Assembly: GCF_031769215.1 (NCBI RefSeq)
Contig: NW_026781894.1
Coordinates: forward strand, 186,001-250,000
DNA: 64,000 nt
Direction: 5' to 3'
DNA from: Ylistrum balloti
Taxonomy: Eukaryota
A program made the translations under genes and the position numbers. Below the pieces are notes generated by a model that was not told the DNA's origin, searched no databases, and worked only from the letters and a program-made list of their open reading frames with translations. Positions 38,660 to 52,700 of the stretch are shown here, piece after piece. Each line of letters opens with the position of its first letter. The stretch's first letter is position 1.

Positions 38660-41600
38660 TTACTCAACTTGTACAATCAACCCCGCAGAAGATATATTGT
38701 CCCCTCCACCTGCTGTCTGTTTAACCTTTGTACACACCAGCACAGGGGCAATACAGATCTGGTAGTCATCTTCCTCCCAACATGACACTGGGCGGTCTTC
38801 TTGTAAGGCTATACGTTGTGCAGGTGGCATTGTACTTGTGGAAAATGATTCATCCATGATGAGTCGAGCCTTCATCAAATCCACGACTTTTGAATCGCAG
38901 ACATGACGATATGCTGTCAGTGAAGCTTTGGCAGCTGCAGCCATAGTGTTTCTCCATGCAGAGCCTTTGGTTGTTAGAATGGCTTGGTATGCCAGTGTAT
39001 GTACATGAAGTCGTGTCAATTTACGCTTACCATCAATTTCTTCTGTGTTCTTTAATTTCTTATAGATCAATCGCATTTCATCTAGCGTAGATGCTACTCT
39101 AGGATAAGCATCTGCTACCAGTGATATGTTGCCATTGGTCAGCATACTGACTAGATTAGGAAGTTCCTGTTCATTCATCCCCAGGGAATCAGAATAAGGA
39201 ATTACATTGTCCAAAATCTCCTGCATCAGAGTTTCATCGGAAAATGATGCCATCTCAAAATGAATGCTTGTTTTCTTTGGTGTTTTTATTAGCATGTTTT
39301 TAAGTTTATGTAGACGTTCCAATCTTTCCCCTGAAAAGTAATATCCTCCATTAATTGATATAATTCCTAATTTTGTACATACACATGTATTTAAGTTCAA
39401 TGGAAAAATAACTATACCATACTACCTGGTGTGTATTATTTTTTTTTTTCGTTGAAAATACACCTAAATACATATAAATTCTGTAAATTGCTGTCATTGT
39501 AAAGGAAGTTGTGGACCATTGTGTATTTGAACTAAATTCTGCCTGTGATAATAGATAATAGTCTTTGTCAGACATGACCAATGTATTTTCTGATTTCTGA
39601 ACAAGTGTTACACTTTAACAATTTGAATACCAGTACTTCTGGAGAGTTTTTTTTAATATACCAAACATGAAAACACTGAACCAATGCCATTTCAATTTAT
39701 CCAAGTATCACTTCAATATTTCCATAGCTGTATGAATGGACTGGTAAGTAGTAACTTTTTCTCACGTGTTTGTTATGATGTTGTTTTCAATGCCTCTCCT
39801 AGGATTTGAACCTCTGGCTTACAAGTCTAAAGTTCAACCAATCAAGCTAAAGAGACGTTCTCTATAGCCATGCAGTATCTATTTGTGGCTTGTGTTTAAC
39901 AAAGTTACAAACTTCCCCTTCAAGTATATACTCCCCCTCCAGGAAAGAACTTATCCAGGAGTTTCCAGGGCTTACAGTGATGATTGTGAAAGTAATGCAG
40001 AGTATTATTCCAGAGTCTCTACATGGGTGTCATTGTAACAGAGGTAATTTTGTATTTAAATGTCTCTGCTAGGATTCAATCTCTGGCTTAATAAAGGGAA
40101 GTTCTCAGTTCTCAGTAAACGGCTAGTATTTTACAGGTTTTCATTTATCATAAACAGTTTTTACTATACAGTACCTTCTTTAAATGGAAAGTTGTCCATC
40201 ATTTGTAGTCCACCGATGACCAGAACGGAAGGGTCAAAGTTTGGCAGTTCTTTCTCCAGTGCTTCTAGAGTCTCTAGGTAAGGGTTACTGTTATCACTGT
40301 GTACAATCAGCCTAAATAAACAAGAGAGACGATGAAACTCTAAGAGACAGCAGTTAGAGATGCACATTTAAAATGCTCTGAGAATGTCAACGTATGTCAG
40401 TTATATTTTTACTAGTCAGGGTGAGCATGGAAAATGTAGTTTTAATTCCTTGATATTGAATACAATCATATACCAGTAAATATATTGGACTGAGCTACAC
40501 ATAACACCAATAGCCTCAAATAACTTAGAAGAACTCAAGGCCAGCAAACTGACTAATGAGTCACAGAGATATAAAACATGTAACCAATTAATCAAAAATG
40601 ACCTTTGAATCTTTTCTGCTGGTGAACTGATATCAGCTTTATCAGAAAACCTGTTATTACAAGTGGCATCTCTAGGGTATTTGCAGCAGATGTTTCAAAG
40701 CATATTACCTTATTCATAAAGTGCTTTATACCTAGGATTTGACCTAACAAACTGTACCCTCGGTAATAGTGTTTTACATAAATTCATTTCAGAGGCATGT
40801 TATCATGTATGTCACTAGGGATTCAGCTGGGAGAAAATATCACATCACTTATAAGATGTTTTGTAGTATAACACATGATAACTCAGTAATGACCTGATGA
40901 AAGGAAGGGCAAATGTTTACCTGTTAGCCCGAGGTGCACGATACTCTCCCCAGACTTCACCAGTCTTGTATTCTAATAACAGATGGATGTCATTCTCCTC
41001 CAAAACATCACCTACAACTGTTGGAACAAATTAGTAAGAAAAGTTTATATAGGATATCACAGGTTCAAGACACATTTGATGTAGGGTAATTTCAAGTTCA
41101 AGACACACATGATACAGGATATCTCTGGTTCAAGACACAATTGATACAGGAAATCTCTGGTTCAAGACACATTTGATAAAGGGTCTCTCTGGTTAAAGAC
41201 ACAAATAATAAAGGGAATCTCTGGTTCAAGACACAATTGATATAGGGTATCTCTGCTTCAAGACACACATGATGTAGGGTAATTTCTAGTTCAAGACAAA
41301 CATGATACAGGGAATCTCTGGTTCAAGACACAATTGATATAGGGTATCTCTGCTTCAAGACACACATGATGTAGGGTAATTTCTAGTTCAAGACAAACAT
41401 GATACAGGGAATCTCTGGTTCAAGACACAATTGATATAGGGTATCTCTGCTTCAAGACACACATGATGTAGGGTAATTTCTAGTTCAAGACAAACATGAT
41501 ACAGGGAATCTCTGGTTCAAGACACAATTGATATGGGGTATCTCTGCTTCAAGACACACATGATGTAGGGTAATTTCTAGTTCAAGACAAACATGATACA

Positions 41601-44600
41601 GGGAATCTCTGGTTCAAGACACATTTGATATGGGGTATCTCTGCTTCAAGACACACATGATGTAGGGTAATTTCTAGTTCAAGACAAACATGATACAGGG
41701 AATCTCTGGTTCAAGACACAATTGATATAGGGTATCTCTGCTTCAAGACACACATGATGTAGGGTAATTTCTAGTTCAAGACAAACATGATACAGGGAAT
41801 CTCTGGTTCAAGACACATTTGATATGGGGTATCTCTGGTTCAAGACACACATGATGTAGGGTAATTTCTAGTTCAAGATACATTTCATGCAGTAATGATT
41901 AATCTAGGAATTTAGGCCTTGTATCCTTTGTGTTGCATTCTCTATTTTGTCACTTTCTAGCTTCAATCTGTGTTGGTTTTACCAAACCAACATTGAAAAA
42001 TTATTATGACTAATATCAAGACACTAAAACTTAACAAAATATCTGTATTTGAATATGTTTAGTACATCCTGTTTAATTTATTTGAATTCTGATTGTATAC
42101 AGAAGTCTGACTGTAAAAGTCCACAATGTAAATAAATTGCTCTAAAACATAAAGTTGAAAATTTAGCAAACCCTGAGATTATAAACAAGTACCAAACACA
42201 AACTTCTGCATTAGCATAGAACGATGAAATTATCAACCTTATTGCATAAAGCTGCACTGCAGTGACATTTGTGACTCAGTTATTGGAGTTCCAGACTTTA
42301 GTTTTTCCTGTGTGAATTATCTGAATATGGAGAACCCAATATGGTGCTTAGAAATGGGACTTGTCACAATATTGAAAATGGTGTTTAAAAATTGTGTCCT
42401 GGACTCCCCTGAAAACTGAAAATCACCAGAGCTGTTGTAAATAAGAGGTGATTTTCATGATACAAATAATGCATGTGGATCATATTTATACCTACTCTTG
42501 ACATTATCTGGCATGGTGTTGATGAGATCTTTAGCAAATCTAGCACCCAACAAGACATCTGCTCCCATGTTAGCTAATCGGCGTGCCATTACTGGAGCAT
42601 TTCCACCCAGGAAGAGACGGTTCCCTGGTAAAGTCTTTGATGTGTCAGTCAGTTCTTTGAAAAGGGTATCATTGCTGACATATCGCCTATGAAAAAAAAA
42701 AATTGAATGAAATCATCAAAAGACATCCAATGGAATGCTATATACACATCAACATAAACTTAGGAGTTTTAAGTGAAGTGTATTTTATGGCCACTGAAAG
42801 TGTGTCATAACTACTGAAAGTATATATCCCATATACACTAAAGAAAGTGGATCTTATACCTACTGAAAGTGTACCATGTATGACTGAAAGTGTACTTTGT
42901 GTCCACTAAGTATATCATGTAATGGGTATCTATGATCGGATAACATCGATCAGCAGTGTGTGAAAAAATGGTGATTCCAATGATCAATTGTGCTGATCAT
43001 AATCAATTAATCAGAAAAATTTAAGAAAGATCAGTATTTTTCACATGACATCCTGTTTTGATGTCAATGTATATGAAGGGAGATCACTTCCCATTCAAGT
43101 TTGATAGATATGGCAGCTAAAGAGCTATTAGTCCAAAGGGATCTGACTATCTATTCTTCAATTTTCTTTTTGTTTTGTTAGTAACTGACAGATAAATAAA
43201 ACGCCAAATTGTAGCAACCTTGCAAGATTCAGCATTTGGGCAATACTTCATATAGTTTACAACAAAAACATAGTTATAAATCATACATTGATGGGAAGAT
43301 GAAATACTGTCAAAGTAATTCAATGTTGTAAACCAAGTATTTCCAACCGCAATTCTATAAAGATTTTCCATTGTGGCTGCCATTGACTGGAAATATGTAG
43401 ATTAAAATATTTGATTGCTTTGACACTAAAAATGAATAATACAACACAAACAAAAAAGAGTAACAGTAAGACAAGGATACTGAAATTTAAAATTACTAAA
43501 CTGATATTTATCAACAAAACCACATTGATTTTAACAGATCAATTGATTATGTCTGCAACCAATGTTCCACCACTAGCATCTTGTGTCCACTAAAGAGTAA
43601 TGTCTACTGAAAGCGTATCTATATCCACTGAAAAGGTATCTGATTTCCACTGAAATTGTATTTCACGTCCAGTGAAGTTTATTGTATGGTGTGTCAACTA
43701 AATGTGTATCTTGTATTCACTGAAAGTGTATTTTACCAGTTATTTGAAGCACTTCTATCTGTGAAACGTGCATTAAAAAGATGCAACAAAATAAAAATAA
43801 ACAAACAAAGTAATAATGATAATAACGGATGGATGGTCAGAACCCATTGGACTCACTGTTAAGACTTACTTTTTTGTGGATAAATTTGATCTGAAATTGT
43901 CACAAAATTTTCGGAAGAATTGTAAATAAACTGCAATTAACACAATGATTATTAGAAATGAAATGAAATTGCTTACAGATATTGCTGTGAATACATAGCT
44001 AGCTGGTTAATGCTAGTTATAGTACTCCTCGATTCACTTATGATACACTTGTGATCAGCAGACTTATACGTTTATTGTTGCAAGTTTCGTATGGAAGGAG
44101 TGAGCTCAATGTCGTGAATATGAGCAATTTGGACACTAAAATACTAACTCATTACTGATATCCTACATAGCAGGACGTATCGTCTCGCTGTAAGATACGG
44201 AAACTACGACACGTACATGTAGTTAAAAGGAACTATTTTCGGGTACTTACTCGGCTGCTGCACCGTGCTTGAAAAAGTAGGCTAACAATTGTGATAATTC
44301 TTCTTCCGTCTCCACAGAGTCATGATGCAAAGGACTAGATGGAGGCTGGATATCTAATTTTTTAAACAGAGGCATTGCCTCTACAAGGATGTCTTGACAG
44401 CCTCCGAATCCAAGCGCTACTCGACTTCCAATCAGAGCCACTTTTTTCTCGGCTCGCAGAAGGCCTGACAAAACTTGATACAATCGATTCTGTTCCCCGT
44501 CAATCGGTTGCGGTGGTTTGGATTCTTTTCCATACTTTTGAACGTACAAGTAGGCTAAAATCACTACGAATACCGATATCAATGATCCTGTCCTCAGAGA

Positions 44601-44606
44601 AATCAT
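38660..44606 (-). CDS. ADPGK: ADP-dependent glucokinase, 483 aa, 5 exons
   Basis: Exons: 44606-44251, 42686-42496, 41017-40921, 40311-40175, 39330-38660 (1452 nt, phases consistent). N-terminal hydrophobic anchor, GGNAPVMARR, HFEMASF, NVIPYSDSLGMNEQEL, and the catalytic motif TAGGGDNISSAG. Confidence 0.96.
39790..39860 (-). mobile_element. tRNA-derived SINE head
   Basis: Minus strand TAGCTTGATTGG (A box)...GGTTCAAATCC (B box). A second, more degenerate copy lies at about 40060-40130 (CTAGCCGTTTA...GATTGAATCCTAG). Confidence 0.55.
41064..41880. repeat. 32/33-bp minisatellite with a 97-bp three-monomer higher-order repeat
   Basis: Monomers start with TTCAAGAC. 97-bp periods start at 41225, 41322, 41419, 41516, 41613, 41710 and 41807, preceded by five diverged monomers. 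Confidence 0.96.
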
Positions 44607-45539
44607 TTTGTATAATGTCCTCTAAGACGACTTGTTGTATCTCAACCTCTTTATTGACCCGGAAATTGTTGTCAGGCGCGTTTGGCATGAATTATTTTAA
44701 AGGAAACATGACCGCTCCACAGTTGACCGCAAATATTATCGAAAGCTGTATTACTTATGTCTCTTATCGTAGTTTTCTAAGCTATTGAAATGAAAAATAT
44801 ATATACTTTGCCATGCCACTCAGAGATATGACATGGATGTATTAACTAAATATTACGACAGCCACTGTGTCACCGAGGCGAACGTGTGTATTTGATATAT
44901 CGAAAAATTCTGACTCTAAAATGATAAATTTATGTCAATGTTAACATCACTACGAATGGTCTGAAAATGAGTCGGACTGTACTCTAAACTTCTACACTTG
45001 TCCTTTCTTCACAAGTCTTCCCCGAGCAACAACACTCAGATTTGATATATCCATGGAAGCATCTCCTATAGTTTCTGCCATTGGAATGCCATCGCTGGAG
45101 TTCGAATAAAACTGAACACTTTACTGCTCGACGAAGGGAAATTCCCCCATTAGGCAAGGCTAGTACTGTAGTCAAATTTTATATTAGTAAACGGTACTCT
45201 TACTCATATGGAATACAGATATCGATCAGTAACGCCTTGATTGGGCATATGATTGTTGCAGGAAGACAAGAAATGTTTTTTTTGTTTTTGTTTTATTGTT
45301 TGTCCACTCACGTCCCTTCAAAAACATGGGTTTAGAGCATTTTATGTTATGTTCAAAGTAACAAATACTTTTTTTGTGTATGGTACGAAAATCCGAACGC
45401 GCCTTATGTGTGACGAAAACTTGCAATTTTGTTTATTGTAATTACACATTAAGAAATAGTAATTATTATATGTATTTTGATTTTTTTTTCGAATTTCAAA
45501 ACCTCAATTCCACCATAAACTAATTAGTATTTTCCTAAA

Positions 45540-45659
45540 AACTGTACATGAAAAATCTAAACCGGAAGTAAAAAATGCATGACCGCGGGAAATATGGCCG
45601 AAATAACATTAAAATACAGACAAGAATAAAGATGAACTAAAGACCATTTCGCTTTATTG
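45540..45659 (+). promoter_or_regulatory. Probable ANAPC1 promoter and non-coding exon 1, divergent from ADPGK
   Basis: ETS motif CCGGAAGT (45562-45569), YY1-like AATATGGCCG (45591-45600), donor ATTG|GTAAGA at 45659. No in-frame ATG precedes the donor. Confidence 0.55.
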
Positions 45660-46727
45660 GTAAGACACGAATAAGTACTAGTTTCAGCCCGACTTGATGC
45701 TATTGCACGACCCGTTCTCTATATATGATAATTTTGATACGACAATGTTTACTTTCCTTACCCCTTGATCTGTTTCCCAATCTCTTTCTGAAAAATTTAG
45801 TTCATCTTACGAAACTTTCCACACCGAAGCCGAAGGGAAGCACTGTTAAGAAGCATTAGCTTCACGAAAAAAATGCTAAGATTCTGCCACCCTAGCAGTT
45901 GCTATCTTGATGAAATTACCTATGGTGTGTAGCAATATTGTATCAAAATTTCCGTTCCTTACCTGGGGGTTGGGGATTGACATTCGTGACATCGCCATGT
46001 GATGGCCTGATTACTAACATTTAACGCTTGCAGGGAAAAAATAAATCCATTTAACATAAAATTTTATAAATATATGTTTTAAAAGGCAAATTTGTGTACT
46101 TTTGCTACATGAAATTGTCTGCTCAGAAATGATGTAATGATCACCAATCCAATCTTTGATGCCAGTGTTTTGTTGTCTAGCAAAATTGAGACAGTCACCA
46201 CTTTCTGAGAATGTTCCCAAACTAATAAAGCTGTCAAGTGAAAACCTGATAACATAAGAACTTGTTAATGTCGAGATTTACAAGCGATCTATTGACTGAT
46301 CTAGTATCTGTCTTTGTGTTTATATGATGTAGAGCAGTGGTGTGATCTGTCACTTGGAAGTATACATTTCTGTTATTGCAAATGAGCTTTGGTTCAAGCT
46401 TTGGTAGATGAACCCATGGATTAATTTGTACTGCCTCGCTCATTTACCATCGTGTTGAATAGTAACCACCAAAAATGTTTAAGCTTTCACTGTATCATTG
46501 TATGACATGTATATATTTTCTGTAGTTCAGTTTCCTCTAATGTGGACAAATGCTTGTGATAGGTCATGAATTAACAGATGAGGTTTATGGTTCAACCAGG
46601 CCCCCAACCCTTGCTGACTTTGTAGCTTTAGTTTAGTCGCAATGATGATTGTATTAATATCTTAGTTATTTTCTTATCCTAATTACAGGTAGAGTCCAGC
46701 CAAGCCGTCACCCTGGATGCAGATGAT

Positions 46728-49700
46728 ATGATTGCGGCCTGTTTCACCCAGGATTTTGTTCCCTTTGGAAGGGAGTACAGTCGGCGGCATCCTGGGACAT
46801 TCCAACTGCAGGTCCAAAATACTGTCAGTGCCGAGCATGGTGTGCCACTCCTCAAGTCATTCCGGGACATCTCCATACAGGAACATAACAAGGTAAAATG
46901 GCTGACGATATGGTTGTTCACAGTTTATTTGGAATCAAAACTCTATACTAATAATATTCCGAAAGGTCATTTTTTTTCTTTTGAAACATTGAAAAAGAGG
47001 TTTGGATCAACTTGCATTGACATTCCAGGGCTCTCACACCCCATTTTGGGACTGTGGCCCGGGGCCCTTAGAATTGGGAAAATAGCAGCGTTTTCCTTAG
47101 AATTGGGAGATCTTGGGGTCTAAATTGGGAAAAAAAGATACTATTTTGCATTGGGTATTCGGCCCCAAATCTGGCAGATCAAGAGCCCTGCATTCTCCCA
47201 TAACCATATTATAGTATGTTAAAAGTTGATTTTGTTTAGGCTCTTTTCTTCATGCAGTTTTCCTCCTCAATAGCATAGAGTTATAGGAAAAAACAACTTT
47301 GGTTTACTTGTATACCAAACAATATATACATTTGGAATCTCCATGATAAAATTTAAACCTATCATATTAACTTTGGAAAACAAAAATTAAATTGCATGAA
47401 GTACAATGTATATCATTATCATTAACATCGTGACAAATCTTTACTTTCTTTTATAGCAAAGTAATTACATCACAGAATAGTGCAATATAATAGAAGAACA
47501 CAGGAAAATACCTGTATTGGATCATACAATACATATGAGAAATATTTTCAGGTGAAATTGTCATTTTTCTAAATTGTGGTGTGTATATTTTTCACAGAAG
47601 GAACAGTGGCTATTCCATCAGATTCCACATGAGGTAAACCAGGACTTGTGTGATGAAGAGTTGTATTTCAGTGGCAACACTGTCGTCTGGAGCAAGGGTG
47701 GACAAAATGGTACACGTTCCATCGTTAAAACTTTCACTGTGGACACTCCAGTGGTTCAGGTAAAACCTGGTTCATTTAATGATAAATTTTGATCTTTTGA
47801 CTGGAAATGAAAAATAGTACAGATAGTATATACATTCATTTCACAGTGGGAAATATTATGAAACTTCTTTACTGTAGCGACACATTTCATTTTCATACAT
47901 AGATAGGGCAGAACATGGGATGTCTGATGGAATTGTTATTGAATCTGGTGTTGAATGTTGTGAATTTCAACTCAAGATAAAATTTCAAGTAAAAAAGCAC
48001 AGGATATTGGTATTTTGTCATTTATCTAATGTATCATTGCCACATTACAGTATCAATTATGATATATTTTGATAAATATCTATTGTACAATGTTGTTGTT
48101 ATAAATTTCATCATTTAATCAAAATATAAGCATTTGTATAGAAAATGGATCCAGTCAAAGAATCATCTCATCAAGAGCTGCTACAACAAAATGTATATAT
48201 AATGTTTTTATATAATGACAATGTTTTAAAAACACAAGTCCCCCCTCCCCCCCTTCCCCATCACCATTATTTATAAGGTCACACATGTAGAGAATTCAAT
48301 TCAATTACAAAGTTGGATATATTTCAGAGCAGGTCCTTCAATATTGACATTTCATATGAATAACAGTAACTCTTTTTATAAGGCCCTGTGGAGCAACTTC
48401 ATCCTGCCTGCCTCAGGGATTCCAGAAGATATTGCCGGTTTTAGTCCACAAGGTGAGAATCTTCATATCATTTCATTGGTTTTTGATTTATGATCTTTTT
48501 CCATGGGGATTTTTAGCAAACATCACAAGAGATATTCATATTTACTTGTTAATGTAATACATAAGAGAAGTTTGATATATTGAAATGGAACCTTTTTTCA
48601 ATAATTGGTAATTTTTGTATTTGATGATGCTTAATTGTTGTAAATCTGTAAATATCTGTGTATTGTGCACACTCATGCATAAAACAATTTCGCCACCTAG
48701 TTGAGATATTTGAAAATTTGATATACATAACTTCGGAAACCATGTATCCCTGACACCTGAATATCCTTTGGGCGGAATATCTCTGTATGATGTCAAGTTT
48801 CACAAATCTTCAAATTGATTGATTCTGTGCTTTCTTCAAAGCAGGTGAATTGCAGAGTGGTGTTTGTGTGGTGGAATCTGGGTCAATCAGTTTTTTCATA
48901 GAGAAAGGTGGAGAGTACAATATTGCGCTTCCTTTTCAGGTTTGTGTCTCCTCATAAGAAACACATTTTGATTCTCAGGAAGATGTTATTTTCTTTCAAC
49001 ATATATGTACTTACTATTTAGCATTTAAAAATTTCTTGATGTATGAAGTGATTTTTGAATTAATAAAACAAACACTATAACATTGCTTGGAATTTGGAAT
49101 TAGAAATTTTGGAAACATTCTAGGAATTTTAGAAAAATATGAAGTTCTGGAAAAGTTTGTTCAATTGTAAATGGTGTAATAAAACATAATATGCCATGTA
49201 ATGTAACAAAATCATTGTTCTGTTGGAAAATGATATGTACACCTGCGTGTTGATATTTTGTTAAGGTGGCAAGTACTTGGATGATAGAAAATGGACTTCT
49301 GTTTGAAAGGACTGTATCGCCTACTGAAATAGCTACAGGGAAAAGGTAAATAGCTTTTCCAGCGAATCTTTACCTCTCAATGGTGATTATTATTTTGCTG
49401 AGTCTTTTCTTCCATTGTTATTCTAGTGTTTTAAAAGTCATTACCGTATTTACAGAAATTCGCCTAGTCAGACGACAGTGTTCAGTATGTTACACCCATT
49501 AGACGAGGTAGCTCCAGTCATAACTAAAACATCAAGTAAGTTCTGTCTATTGTAACACATAATCTAGACATGTCATCATGGTTAAGATGATATTTTAGTA
49601 ACAATTGAAAAAAATTCACAGAATCTAAAAATTAATTCTGGGATTAAATTTATTCAAGAAATGCATTAATTTTTATTGATGTATTGTGAAAAACGGATAT

Positions 49701-52700
49701 GTCCTACTTAAATATCAGGTGAATATGTTTTGCATATTTGATCTCATTCGTATTATAGGTAAAGCTCTCACTATTTGTTTTAGGTCCAGGTAGTTGTCCA
49801 AAGATCTCTTACCTGACAGACAATACTCAGCATATCATCTTTACTAGTGTGGAACCCTCACTCGTATTTACCTATGACACAATGGTTGGTGTGCACTCAG
49901 CTTGGCGTGTGCGCAAGGCCAGGCTAGATGTAAGTATTTAATGACATATACTGTTTACATACACCTAGGCACAATCATAATAACATGGCTATTACAGAAG
50001 ATTAGCCCAAAGTTGGTTTCATCAGTAAAAATTTCTACATAATCCTGGCGTACAGTGATCTTACTCCAGGGTACAAGGATCTTACCCCAAGGTACAATGA
50101 TCTTACTCCAAGGTACAGTGATCTTTCTCCAAGGTACAATGATCTTACACCAAGGTACAGTGATCTACAGTGATCTTACTCCAGGGTACAAGGATCTTAC
50201 CCCAAGGTACAATGATCTTACTCCAAGGTACAGTAATCTTTCTCCAAGGTACAATGATCTTACACCAAGGTACAGTGATCTTACTCCAAGGTACAAGGAT
50301 CTTACTCCAAGGTAAAATGATCTTACCACAACCTGAGGTACAGTGATCTTACACCAAGGTACAGTGATCTTACTCCAAGGTACAGTGATCTTACTCCAAG
50401 GTACAATGATCTTACCCCAAGGTGCAATGATCTTACCCCAAGGTACATTGATCTTACTACAAGGTACAGTGATCTTACTCCAAGGTACACTGATCTTACT
50501 CCAAGGTACAATGATCTTACACCAAGGTACAGTGATCTTACCCCAAGGTACAATGATCTTACTCCAAGGTACAGTGATCTTACACCAAGGTACAAGTGAT
50601 CTTACCCCAAGGTACAGTGATCTTACCCCAAGGTACAGTGATCTTGCTCCAAGGTACAATGATCTTACTCCAAGGTACAATGAGTGATCTTATCCTACCC
50701 TGAGACACAGTGATCTTACCCAAAGGTACAGTGGTCTTACCACAACCTGAGGTACAGTGACCTTCCTCAACCCAGAAAAAAAAGTGATCTTACCCTGAAG
50801 TTCATTGATGTTATGGGTCTGTAAGTGAAGAGAAACAGGTAAATAAATACAAAACAAGGGAGGCAGCTTGAATTTATGGAAATCATCTGTTAACCCTTAT
50901 CCCGCCAACAACATATATAAATAAATGTGATCTCTCTTATACACCTTCACATTGCCAATTGCATATATATATATCAACTAGTTACCACCGCCACTGCCAT
51001 CAGCATACATATATGATTTGCACAGTTACCCACAGTTAGACTGAAATTGTAACTTGGCTATCCCTTCTCTTAAATTGAGAATGAATCAGCTTAAAAATTT
51101 CAGAATTATTCTGATACTACGACCTAGTTACTTTTTAGCCCACCATCATCAGGTGATGGGATACTCAAATCTGTGGTCCATTCATCCGTTCGTCTGTCTG
51201 TAAACAGTTTTTGTTTTCACTATTTCTTGATAAGAATACTGCATAGATCTTTCTAAAATTTCGTGTATAGGTTCCTCTTGGTCCCTAGTTGTGCCTGTTT
51301 GATTTTGGGACTGATCTGAAAAAACAAAATGGCTGACATGAGGCCATCTTGGATTTCGCTAAGTAAAGTTTGTTATGCCTATTTCCTAAGAAGTACTGAA
51401 TGGAACTCTCTCAAATTTCATGTTGAGGTTTTCCTTTATCTCTAGTTGTGCCCATTTGAGTTTGGGTCTGATCAGAGAAACAAAATGACTGACATGGGGC
51501 CATCTTGGATTTAACAGGTAAAGATTATTATCGCTATTTCTGCAATGGAATGTTCAAATTTCTTACCATTAAGAGTGATAACAGAGAAGAGAAAAGAAGG
51601 GAAAAAACCAAACTTTCAAAGAGCAAATAAAGATCATTCTGTGATCTCTTGTTTGAATAATAATGAGTTTGACCTGCCTTGAGAACTTTAGAACTTCACA
51701 TGTTCTCATCAGAAACGCCAGCAAGGTAGGTGGATGCTGTTGCCAATGAGAGTGAAAGTGATGCAAATCTGGAAATAAATAAGTGATTTAATAGTTCTGT
51801 TGAAAGTGAAAACTTGTTTGAGAGATGGGGCTTAAAGTATTTATTAGATCATACAGAAGTTGTAAGAGGGTTTCTGAAGGTAGGATTGTCTAATAATGTG
51901 ATGGTTTGGTGACATACTTCTTGAAATGTTGTCTGTAATGGCCCCATTTACTATGTCTTTCGGAGATTACTTGCAATGTTCCCAGACAGGGTTCCACTAC
52001 AGATTTCGTGAATTTGTTATTTGAAGTTTTTTTTGTGTAACACAGTAGTTAGAAAGATAAGGCAAAGGCTGTTATCATTATGTAAACAAAGTTATAGCAG
52101 AGTGAAAACCTAAACAAGTTGCGTCAAACTTGATGTCACAAACTTCGAAGTAATTATGCATGTTATCTTCATTGTTATTGCCATGGAATTGACATATAGA
52201 GTTCAGCTGCTTAATAAATGAGGTCATCAAACCACCCCTTGTTTACAAAATATTCACTTTCTGATAGATTTCATAATGTTTATTTTAATATCATTTCATA
52301 CCTACTTGTACCTTCATTATATCACCTGTAGTTGCTCTGTCATTTAAGTACACACAGTAAAGAAGAAATCTTCCTGAATGAAATGATACCTAATTTCAGT
52401 TGTTACTGTCGGTAAATATGAATTGTAAAGTTTGTTTGGGATGATGTACCCATATTTGATTAAACTCCCATACCACTGTGGCAGCGGGCTGTATACATAC
52501 ATTTACACATTAAATACACAGCAGCAGGGCACTGTGCTGTGTATTGATAAATGAACATACAGCAGGATAAGGGTTAATATTTTAATAATGGTACTTGAAA
52601 TACAATGTCCTTTGACTACTGTAGGAGTGTAATACTGTGTGTGGCCTAATGGAGAACAGCTTCTACCACCCTGCTGCCATGGCTACACCCATGGGGATGA

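Noticed and set aside
39790-39860. tRNA gene; also considered at 10051-10110
   Set aside because: A and B boxes are present but there is no cloverleaf or acceptor stem, so these were called SINE heads.
41064-41880. Regularly spaced repeats here and at 3421-4440 and 50050-50800 as possible CRISPR arrays
   Set aside because: Units are contiguous with no unique spacers, there are no cas genes, and the context is eukaryotic.
50055-50687. ORFs with repeats YSDLTPR, LGVRSLY and ILLQGTV
   Set aside because: Translations of the 21-bp minisatellite inside an ANAPC1 intron.
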